Shown: positions 1-12,100 of the stretch, piece after piece | Position numbering within the stretch: the stretch's first letter is position 1 | How the letters are laid out: each line of letters opens with the position of its first letter | Position numbers and translations under genes: made by a program | Origin: Stylophora pistillata | Taxonomy: Eukaryota | Direction: 5' to 3' | Length of the DNA: 64,000 nucleotides | NCBI RefSeq assembly: GCF_002571385.2 | Contig: NW_019218191.1 | Coordinates: 169,379 to 233,378 of the forward strand | Notes under the pieces: model-generated | Database searches by the model: none | What the model was told of the DNA's origin: nothing | What the model saw: only the letters and a program-made list of their open reading frames with translations

Positions 1-174
1 TCCTCCATTTAAGAAGATCATTCTCTGTAATGCTAAATGAACAGTAAGAGCTGCGTCGTCAACACTGCGCCCCAGTGCTCTACCGAGGACATCAAGGTCT
101 CTCTGTAAGTGCTGCCATAAGAATTGCCCCTCACACTGAGACGGGCATGGAGGTGTGATCAGCTGTGCGATTTC
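1..174 (-). CDS. RNF213: RNF213-like exon (runs off window)
   Basis: AG acceptor at 175-176; EIAQLITPP...FLWQHLQRDLDVLGRALGRSVDD. Confidence 0.85.
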
Positions 175-3100
175 CTTTGAAGAGAATTTAGAGATCTGTT
201 AATATAGTCAAGAGTGAGAGTAAAAATTTTGAAAAAGATTTTTGAGCTTTCCAAGATTACCAACATAGTATCATTGATGTCTAATCCATCAGAATCAGCG
301 ACTTAACGAGTGACACAAAGGCGGATTTTAACAGCATGAAACTTTCATAAATAAGACTGCCCATAATCGTGAAAAAAAATTCTGACAAATTTAATGATAC
401 GTGAAGCGTAGCATTCTGTCTTTTTATCTAAACACCTACAGCCTGAATAAAAATTAATTACTCTTGAAGCTTCAGTCAATGACAAAGTTCCTCTTTTGCT
501 TACTCGCTGACCGCGAGCAAATAATCACCTGGGGATATTTGGAGGCTCCCATGACCATAGCCGATTGCATTAAAGTCCTCAAGAGACTGCACACTACCGG
601 TGGCATGTCTCTCTGCGGCTCAGCGTGAGTAGGTCTAGAACCGGGTACTCCGAGGGCGTGACCAGTCTTCGTCCTGTCTTTCCTGGAAGTTCATTATTTT
701 GAGATAGATATCAGTAAAATGAGCAATGACGCTTCCTTTTTTACCTGCTGTAAACGTTTTAGGGTGATTCTGGACTCAAACTAAACCAGAATGTAGTGCA
801 GTAACATAGAGTACTTAAGGGATGACAAAGACAATATTTTCAAGTTACCTGTTAGAAACTTTAGATACTTCTGAAAACGTGAGCTGCTCCCCTCCTAAGA
901 CCCTTCCACATCCAGGACAAGTGCTCTTCTCCATTGGTTTCGAGCACTATTCCAGAACATACAAAATACACGTAAGCAAATACAGCAACAAGGGTTGACT
1001 GTGCGTTACATATATTAGAATGATTCATGACAACGACAGTAAAGAAAAATTCGATGTTTCGATAAAATCAGTTTAAAACCGTCCTAAACCAAAAGAGCTT
1101 CCCCTCTCATAAACAAACACACCCTTCCATCCCTCCTTGGTTTTTGTCGTCATGACACAGTGACTTAGTACACGGTTCATGAGCCGGCACACCGTGTAAA
1201 AACTTACCTCCCCAATAAAATACGGATGTCTGCAGTTGAGATTGCTGCACTCTGACAAGGAAAGAAAAAAATTACGTAGTGTAGGATTCATGTACGTCAG
1301 GCAACGGAATGGGAGACTTACTTGTTTTCTTCTTGCTCTATGCAGTCGTTTTTTATAATAATTGTATAGATACTTTGAAACAAAGTAACATCTTACAAAA
1401 ACATTTCAGAAAAAAAAAAACAACAACAACAACACTTACCATACCACTCTCCGACCCAACCTGTTCCCTTCATAGTTTCAGCTATGACATTAATGCACTC
1501 GAGATAGTTATCCTCAGGCATTGTTGGTAGAAACGAATTCTGTACAGAACCAATAATTATATGGGAGGTATGTTTTAATGCAGACACTCACATCAAAGTG
1601 GCTGTGAACCACTGAACTTGCAAAATAAATCATAAAGGGACGAGCAAATCGAACTTTGTATTTTAAAACCTTTTTTTAATGAAAGTTATCTTTTATCCCT
1701 GTGGTCTACTCCCAGAAAGCACGTTTCCAGTTTCACATTCTATCTGCATACTTAGCGCATTGGATTGCGCTTATCCTTTAAAAAGAACTGTCGAGGGACT
1801 GGCCTTAAGTGGCAGCATGTTTCGAGATACATTGTCTTTCTTTTTCTTTTCTAATTACTATCTTCTTCATAACATATGTTTTTCTCTTTGCGCTCCGAAC
1901 GTCACCAGTTTTTGGACAGTAATCACCATTCGAGAAACAAATTATCAAAGAGCAGCGTTTGTCTTTTCTTCACCTACTTTTGAGAACTTTCTGGGTTTTA
2001 GTCATTCTAGGGTTAAAATTTTGACCAATTTTCAGCTATCAGTTGAGCCCCACACGAGATCTTAACTCACGAAAGCCTAATACGCTAGTCGGCGGGGCCT
2101 ACCAAAAGGTTAACAGAAATGGAAGAAACGAGTGATTGAGTGATGGTTGGAAGGACGAATTTGGGCCATTACAACAACTTAACAAGTTGGAAATTCCTTT
2201 CAGCCATTCTCCGAGTTAAGAAGGAACACAACATCGAGAACACATCCTCCTTTCCAATTCTAATCTTAAATATTGAACATGGAAGCTAAAATAAGTCAAC
2301 CAGAAATTGACCAAAGGTTAGGAGGTTAAATTTTCTGGAGAACAAAAATTCTCTTTATTATCGTGTATTATGGTTATTTCGCCGTTTATGAACATGTACA
2401 TACGTTCATGGTCGATGGATCCGACATAAGGGCGAAGAGAGGTTGAGCCAAGGATCCTGAACCAACGCACTGTAAGGCTACCGCTGTGTGGATCACAATT
2501 TCAGCCAAGGTCTGCTCCTGTGGGCTTTTACCATTGTAGATTTGAAGTTCCCAGAGATGTCCTCCTTGACGGTTCGCAAGAAGTTCTTTGGCGAAAGGTT
2601 GGGCCTGCATTCGAGTCAGCGAAATTCAATTTTAAAAAATTTAATAGCCATGTTCTCACAACATACATGCATTTTTCTTTTTTTAATTTGTCTCACCGTT
2701 TCAGAAAAGTGTCCTCCATTTGTTATAAAATCATCAAGCTTTTTCCTCACCTGAAAGGTAAAAATAAACCAACAAATACTGGTCTTCTCTGAATGCAGCA
2801 CAGGGCTTGAAATTACAGCCGATTAACTAAGAATGTCCGGTCAAAATTAGGCAGCATTGAGATTGATCCTCACGTACAGGTCAAGAAATGCTTTAAAAAT
2901 CTTCTTGTTTTATATTTAAACATATTTGAACAGCGTGTCGTGGGGAGGGGGGGGGCACTATCACAGCGAAAAGACGTAATCGATGTTTGTATGGCCAAAA
3001 GTGAGTTCTGTTCGGGGAAAATTAGGTTTGACCGGACAATTTGTTATGAACTACTTAAATTAGAAGTGTTTTGGAACTGCGAAAATAAGGAATGTTCTGG

Positions 3101-6100
3101 AATTGTTTGGGCCTGTTAGATTATCTTCAAATCCTTATGCGAGTCTTGTGAGCCTTGGTTGATTATTTGCTTGCCAGAAAACACATTTATTGTTAACTTT
3201 TAAATAATATGTCCTTGACCGTTGTGAGAGAGCTTCATTCTCGTACGATAATCGTCATCGCTAATCTTGTTTAGGTGCGTCCTTGACCTGGCTTAGAAGC
3301 CCCAACGGGAGATTTTGTTTAGGTTTTTGTTCTCGGAGATTGGTTCACTTCGAATGTCTTATGAGATTGTTTTGGTTAGCATTCTAAAACTATGCTGACT
3401 GTACCAAGGTCAGCGGTCCCGTAAACCAAAACAAGATTACCGATCGGGACTATGTACTTTGAGCTGACTCAGTAGAATGGAAAGAGAGTCTCAGGGAGTA
3501 AAATAGGGTTCCTAAACAGAATCCTGGTGCCTCTCATTTGCGCGTGGTGCTCAAGTTAGTTTACCCTAACAGTCCAAACAATTAAACCGGCACCAAGTGA
3601 GACATTATTTGAAGCCCTAAAGCAAATAAAAAAGTATCGAACTAGTGCGCGTTAAAGGCGGACATGTATTCCAAGAAAAGTTACTGCAAAAAGAAGGAGG
3701 CCCACGCGTCACGTGTGCTTACCTCCTGGGACAAATTCTGTGTCTGAACTGGTGAAACATTTTCCATTGTTAGTTCACGGTACATCGCGAGGAGAAGAGG
3801 TACATTGTTGTAGACAACTTGTGATCCAGCTTCCTGCAGAAACATTGTTACACGCTGTAACTGTCTGACTAGTACCTTTTCCAACGCTTCAATTGTGAGA
3901 TGTCCGATGGTTGACGGGGCCGTCATTGATTAAAATGTATTCAAACTTCGCTAAACGAAATATCTTTAGTCTGTTAAACTACTTGTGGTTCAGTTACTGA
4001 GTCGTTGTAAAGGCAAACCAAACTAATTATCCAAGCTCAATCAAGTCGATAACATTGAGTTTCGTTTATCAGAAATCCTTCTCTGATGGAATTAATTTAA
4101 AGGGGTACTAAGGAATTATACCATATTTGTGATAATACTGAATAACGCACGCCGTAGACATTGCAGCTTAACCTATTCACTGATTAAGAAGATGAACGTG
4201 GGTGAACACGAACCGTAATGACAGAGACAATGTCTTGGATGTTCCCACTGATGACAGTTTTGGCCAATCCCTCACGGACAGCACGGTAATGGTCTCCATG
4301 AACAAGAAACCTGTCTAGGATCACATCCTCCTACAGATCGAAGATCAAAAATTATTACTAAGCAACATGTTTGATCTAAGGTCAAATGTAAAGAGTTAGC
4401 CGGCCTACACGTTAAAGAGAGACATTCTATAGTGGGTCAGACGAAAGACAGAGGAAGCGACAAATCGGAACTTTCAAAATATTTTTTTGGCTCCTTGAGA
4501 TCTCGACCTTTGCGCTTTAGAAACATTTGCGGTGATTGTTAAGTGATATTCACGAGGTTTGAGTAGGTTTTGCTCCTAAGTGAGTAAATGGAAAGTCAGT
4601 TCACTTAGTGAATGGTTTGGCTTGCGAAAAGATTGCCCGTAGCACAGTAAGTAAACCACCTGACTACCAAGTAAGATCTTGCCACGGTTTGAATTATCCT
4701 AGGATTCAGGTCTTCTTTTCCTGTCACACACTTAAGACGTATGCATAGCACTTTCTCTTAAGATTCAGTTCTCACACATTTCCTGAAATCCATTCAATAA
4801 TCATCAGTCGAGTAAAGCAATGATCCCCGCAGGTGAGCTACTAGATAAGCAATTACAGAAAAAAAGGTTGAAAAAGTGCGGCTTCGTATTAGTAAGTTGA
4901 TAGTAGCGCCCAAATGGTAGCTGTGAGACACGGGTTTGAATCCGGTCGAACCCTGAATTTTTTCAAGCTTCTTTTCTGCAATTGCTTAAATTGCAGATCA
5001 CGTGTAAGGATTGTTGCTTTACTTCAATTTCATCCGCAGGTCAAATGAAATTAATTTCATTGCAATTTTAATCATTTGTCGTCTACCTGCTGTCGAGTCT
5101 CTGAGGGTAGAATCCATTCTAGTTCCTTAAATTGACCCAAAGTCCGAACACAGTCCAAGCCATACCGCCTGACAAGCTGTTTAAGTAGGTAGAGCTGCGG
5201 TGTGGAACTCGACATTTCCAAGCAAAGCTTCCTTGCAGACACTAATAACTTTGTTACTTCTCTTTTAACTTTTTCGTCTCTGTAGCTACTGTCTCCCTCA
5301 ATAAATAACTTGTAAAGGAGCTCTACAACCAATGATAAGACGAAACGTCCCTTAGCAACTCCCTCCAGAGAACGAGCGCTCATCTCAGCAGAATCCTCGT
5401 CAATGTGCGTAAGAGCTGTGACTGTCCCTTCGCAATTCTCTGTGGCATGTTTGAGTTTTAATGTCAACCTCCTGTCTGCAAACTTGGCTTGATACTGGCT
5501 CACAAATAAGTCCTGAATAGAAAAAACCATGTAAATGTGAAGAAAACTCAGATTTTATGGCGGAATGCATTCAATATAGAGAAAAGTGACATACGTAACA
5601 TTCGCGAATGTAAGGTAAATTTGATTTCAGTTGATTTACTTTTTATCATGTTACTAACCAGCCGGGAGGTCATTATTAGGAAAAACTTTGCCCGAGGTCT
5701 TCGTCGAACATTTTTATTTGCGTAATGAAGGTGATTTACAAGGCTTCCCAGCAAACTTTGCAATTTTTTTTTATAACTACCTACCACGATCAATGAGAGA
5801 GTACGTAAGAAAAAGGAGCATGTACACATTTGAATGACCAACAGCACTGGTTTTGCGAACAAACTCGAGTTAAATGGATCACGACGATTGTTCTCTTCAA
5901 AAGCAGTCAATGATCTTGCGGAATGTTTTATTCACTTACATCCACGATTTATCTACGAAGATTTTTCTCTGTTCAGTTTTAAATGGCAAGGAAATTCACC
6001 GTAAGTATATTGAAATGTATGTTTTGAAGTTCTTTAAGTCTGTCCGTTCATTTAGTACAATGAAGTGAAAAAAATCTTCTATTTCTTCTCGCGAAAAACC

Positions 6101-9100
6101 GAAGTCAAGTGAGACCCTTTCTCTATACGGAAAGGGATTTAATCCGGCTCTTAGCAATTGATTCACTTCGGTTACTGTTGTTACACTGTGGAAGATATCA
6201 GTTCACGTACCTCCCTGCACTGAACATACAAAAGGGAGACTTCCTTGATATGCGAAGGTTCTCGTTTTAAGTTCTTAGCCCCTTTCAAGAAGTCTCCTAA
6301 ATGATTTTTCACCAGCTCTGTTCTATTTAAGAAAAAATAAGAGACAATCAAGTTTATACTTCCTCCTTTATGAAGTGATAAGAGGTATCACAAGTACAAT
6401 CAATTTGGCTTTGTAAAGAGTACAACAAAGGTCTAGGCTTTGTAAAGAGGACAACGAAGGTCTAGGTTCTGTAATCAACTGAGAAATATATTAAAAGAAG
6501 ATAGGATTTATCCCTAATGTTAGTTACCTTGAACGTAATAACAACTGGAGAAGAAATGAACACACCACAGGAGTGGGGTCAATAGCATGATCAGGGAATG
6601 GAGAGAAATCCTTTGTCTGAGATGATTGATGACCGACGACATAATGCATAAGTAGAGTGATAGCTTCCTGTTCAAGGTCCTTTGACACCGAGTCACCAAA
6701 ACAGAATATTGACACCAGCTCCATGAAAAAGGCATTACATCGGCGGCGTAACTCGGTTGCCGCCTTTTCATTGGTCCTGTAGTCACAAAGAAACCATGAA
6801 GCAATGTAAAAAAATAACAGAATTGATGTGCAGTCCTTTGGGTCCATAACGACGTATTTAAATTTTACTCTTCCTCTGAGACCGAAGAAGACTGAGATTC
6901 TATGCGATACGTACCAACTGAACCGTGTACTACAGAATAAAAAATAATGAACAATAGTTATGTCTGCCCCTCTAGGCGTATTTACGACCCTAAACCTGTC
7001 ATGGTTGCGCTATTTTACCTCTGCCTAACGTCTTCACTGTAGTTAACTAAGAATTTTTCCAAGGCCTGCAGTGATCTCAGCGAAGAAAAGTCTGTTTCAT
7101 CCCCCAAAGCCTTTAACGGAAAGAAGACATGTTGTTGAGTTTCAATTTACGACTTAGCATTTCCATTTTTTACTTTCAAATTAAGAGTAAATTCGTGCAA
7201 AAATCAAACATTGAATGGCAAAGTTAAAAAACTAAAATTCGCTGTTCTCTTGCATACAAGTAGCCTTTAGAAAGTATACAATTGCTGTGCACATTTTTTC
7301 CTTAAAAAAATTATTTGCTTCCGAAAAAACCAAAACGTTTTGTATTCAGTCCTGGGATCGATTTGGCGACACCGAACAGGATTAAAATAGGTCATGATTC
7401 ACTCGACTCGCGTATCAGAAAAACTGCGCTAGAAAAAGCTATCACAGTTCCAAGTTGTTGTACAACTTGTCATAGTCTAAACACCGTGATTTCATAAAGA
7501 TTAGATTAAATCCAGTATTCAAGAGAAGTCAAAAGTTTATGGCTCTCCCGTGTTGGGTAAAACGGTAGGCGAAAAACAACGATAATTTTTAGCATGTGCC
7601 TTTCCTCAGAATTTCGTAAGATTACGAATGATAATGCTAGAATTGATGATCTTTCAGAATACGTAAAGTTTAGTTTGGGGAAATGAATTTGGAATTTTTT
7701 ACAATTTTTGGAAAATCGTGAAGAAAGACAAAAAACTCAAGCCATTCTGATATGTACATGTGACCATCAAGATATTGATATAACAAAAATTAACACGACT
7801 CCGATGCATATAGCAAAGTAAATACAATAACCTTAACTCAAATATTATATTCTTAGCTGTTCAGATGAGTCCAGAGATTCAGTCCGTTTTGTTGTTTTCT
7901 CCATTCTGCGGTCTCCGTAAGTTTGACATCTACACCGTCGCGTTACGTCGCGGCTCATTATCTCGGGTATTGTCATTCTTAATCTTACGAAATTCTAAAC
8001 AAAGGCACAGGCTCAAAATAGTCGTTATTTTTCGTCTACCGTTTTACAGAGCACGGGGAGAGCCATAACTTCTTTGCTTCCCTTGAATACTCAGACAAAT
8101 CTAATGTTTATGAAATCATGGTGTTTAGACCATGGTAAGTTATTCAACAAATTGAAACTATGACGGCTTTTTCTAGCGAAGCAGTTTTGACAAGCGAGTC
8201 AAGAGAATCATGACTCATTTCCACCCTGTTTACTCGTGTTTGGGATCGCCAAATTGTGCTTAAGTTGAAAACGGCTTCCATCGTTTTTCTCGTGAATTAA
8301 GAGACATTTCAAGGAAAAAAACTGTATAGCATTCATCTACTTACCAAAGGCTATCTATATGCAAAAGACGAGTGAATTTGATTTTTTCAGCTTTGCCGAA
8401 GATTTGCGATTTTGTTTCATTCTTGCACGGATCTGCTCTTAAAAGAAAAACTGTTTACTGGTATAGTTACCTAACTAACTATACGCACCTTCCACAAAAT
8501 AGTTACATTCTCGGAGTTGGCTTTTTCATCTTCCTCAGCGAACAAAGTCACGTGCTCTATAAAGAGTCTGACGGCTCCGATTCGCTGCCACATGGACCTG
8601 ATCCACACGAGAACAACATGATCGCTTTTAGCATCTAGTTAATACTTTAAAAGAAAACCAATATCGGAATTTCTCTTTAACGTATGGATCCCCTTATAAC
8701 AAGGTACTAAAAATATTGTATTAATAAGATAGAGGAAAGCTTTTTTTTTTCGGGAACCAAACAAAAAATTTTCAAGGCCCTGAGAACTTATTCTCATGAG
8801 ACATCTCCCATATCTGGAATCATTTCCCGCTACATCCGCAGCCTCGGCACCAATAACGCATTCCCAAGATAATTTTAAACGATCTCAATATAAAAGAGAC
8901 CTTGAAAATCTTGAGGTCAATTATTTACGATTTAAATGACCTTTAAGGGTTGTGCATGCATTGACTGACAATACATGCACGGTTGACCGACTGACTCATT
9001 TTTCAGACAAATCCTCAGGTATAGGACACTGTGAGCGAGTGAGCGATTATACAAAACCCTATTAATGGCTTGACGGATTATCAACAGCAAACTACGTCAG

Positions 9101-12100
9101 CACCTTTAGTCGACTTCTGCTCTTGCCTCGGTCAAACCCAAGCTTTAGCGGACAAATTGGATGTTACGTTACCTGCAGCGATCAAGCAGTACTGTCGATC
9201 TCTCTCCATAGTTTGAACATTTCTCCGTGACAGGTCCGAACCTCTCTTTCCTTATCATGTCTTCCACCGCTGGTCTCATAGACAAAACTCTGTCACACCA
9301 AATTTGTCTTGTGTCCGGAAAAAGCAACATTTCTCGTGATGGCTCGATCGCTTCAAGACAAATTTGCAATGCTACCACATCCAAAAGCTGTAAAATGATA
9401 GTAGTAATAATAATAATAGCAATAATAATAATAATAATAATAATGATAATAATAATAACAATAGTAGTAACAATGATAATAATGATAATGACAACAACAA
9501 TACAGTACAGTCAATCAATCTTTAATTTACAGACGAGGCACACTAACAAGTGCAACTCAGATTAAGTTTAACTTATTATGTAGCAAAGGAAGGGACAAAA
9601 TCAGAAAGACCCAAGGTGTAGCAAGGGGCGAGAAGGGCTCGTGGTGGGCATGACATCATTGCAGCGGTAACAATCATCTGAAGTAAGAAAACAACCTAGC
9701 ATGCCAAGGACCTCTAATACACTAGTTTTCAAACCACTCCCATACCCGAAAAACCCTACCAATTACCCGATTGCTATCGTAGAAAATACTTTGACGAAAG
9801 GTATGACAAAGACTCAAAAGATATTAAGTTCACCGTTTCTCGGGCATACTTGAAATTTTCAAGGAAAAATGTTAATGGTTAAATTTTAATTATGTACTAT
9901 TATCAACCGTTTTGTTCATGCACTGAATTACAAAACTCGAGTAACTCACCACTTCTGGCTCACTTCCTTGAAGTACTTCACGTAGTCGCGGGATAAGACT
10001 TGGATTCATTTTGACAATTGTATCAAAATACTTTAAACGGTGTTGAACTCTACTGTGTGCGACATGAACGAGAGCTATGTCAATCGACTCGTTATCATCT
10101 TCATCATCCAGGATACCAAGTTCTCTCGCAGACGAAAGAATCGCTTCGTACACAAGCTGAAAAACAACATGAACAAAAAAAAGAAAATGTAGCCTTAACC
10201 GCGTTTCAGTTGCACTGAGGTAAGTCTCAGTTACCCCGGAATAAAATAACTGTTTTCTCCAACTAGTTTATCTATGGATCGATTTCCGTCTTGTATAAAA
10301 CATATTTGATATATCTGCATCTTTAATGACCACATCAAGTTTTCCAGACAACAACTTATACAGGGTATTCAACACCTTCAACCTTTTTCAGGTTGGGGTC
10401 AGAGTCCATTTAATTTAAAAAGTAAACTTTCAACGCGAAACAGTCCTTAAAATAAATCTCAAACACAAATAGATTCGTAGATTTATTCGAACTGTTTTTG
10501 TCCTAGTCGCACCCATCGCTCAAGTTAATCACGCAATATGTTTCCAGCCGGGGGAGGAGCGAGTCAAATGACTATCCTAGAGTACATTCTAAGGGGTAGT
10601 TTTAGAGTTCAATTAGTGGGAGTGTGGCTATTAATGTTATGAAAAGTATCGTGAAACCTCGTATTCATTATCGTTTGAAGGTTTGTGCACCATGTGTACG
10701 AAATCCATCAGGTATTGCGAAGCAACGGAGTCTTCATGGCGTAATTCCTTGAAGAGAAGTCCCAGTTGCGAATTGTCGATCATATCACGTAATGCGACCA
10801 ACAGGGTGGTACTAGAACCGGGTAAAGCTGAGGACAAAGCAGTAATTTAAAAAACTAATGGTTAGCCACGGAACTAGATTTCATCGCTTTAGCACTTCAG
10901 AGTTACTTCTTAGTTTTTAACACAATACTGATCTTTCTTCGTAAGCGATAGAAAACGCTAGGAAAAGGCGATTAGCCTTAAGTTAGTATTACTCTTGACA
11001 CTTTTTTATTAAGACTTAGAATGAACAAAATGTCAGAAACATAGTAGACAAGTTACAATTTTAAAAAAGGACACGCCGAGCAAATTTGAAAAAAAGCCAA
11101 GAATAGGGCAAAATGAAAGAAAATCGAAGACAAGTTCATTACCTGAGGTGCTAGATGCCTCTTTAACCATGTTCTCCACGCGTTCCTTTATAAGGAACGA
11201 AAATGGAAACCGGCTACAGAACTTGTGACCCTCAGCTCCAGAGCCAATGACTTGAACACGTTCCCGCACAGAATTAGTAGCAGGTGATATCATTTCGCTG
11301 TAACTCAGTTCTGAAAAGGTAGGGTCAGCTAAAATCTTCAACCACAGCTTTGAAACCCAACTATTGTCACTCTTTACCAAGTCCAAGTTCATGTCCCTGT
11401 CTGCAAATGCGATGATCTCAGCCAAAATGGGCACCACCACTGAATACATTCTTTGCAAAAGGGCCTTTCTAAAGGTGCCCCACTCTTGCACCCCTGTTCC
11501 AGAGAGAGCTTCTGAGTGAAGCCATATCTGTGCATCGTATGCAGTAGCCTCTTTTTCCATTAAGAGGTAGTATGTCCTTTGTACTAATACGCTTGCAAAT
11601 GACTCCTCATCTTTACGAATAAACGGCAAAGATTAAACAGAGAAAAAAGTTACCGAAAAGATTTTACTTCGAAACTACGTGATGCTCTATTCCGCATCAT
11701 CTCTTAATTTATTCTAAATGAAGCTATTATCCTTTCTCCATTACCTTGAAACATAAGTGCGGTTAAAAAAAGAAAACCGCCGAATTCATATCGCATTCGG
11801 ACAAAAAAAATTATTTGCTGCTCCTTCAAAAGAATAATGCACTTACCCAAACTCAGATAAACTCAAAGACGACAGCTCCGATTCGATATACACACATGAA
11901 TCCGAATTTGTTGGGAAACTGTATAAATATTCACATATATATCCCTCTAACAAATCTGAATAAGTAACACTTGAAAAATACGTATAGAAATTAGAGGCTC
12001 TATTAAATCTTTTGAAAAACCATACTTAATAAAGATTTCATTTTCTTGAAATGCTATCAGTATATCATTGGCAAGTTCGGTAGAAATATATTGTGCTCAC

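Noticed and set aside
8345-8438. Exon-like AG...GTAAGT segment with open frame ADPCKNETK...
   Set aside because: Needs phase-2 entry while the flanking exons join in phase 0; no RNF213 similarity
9227-9565. ORF with poly-Ile transmembrane-like stretch
   Set aside because: Translation of the (AAT)n microsatellite and antisense of a real exon
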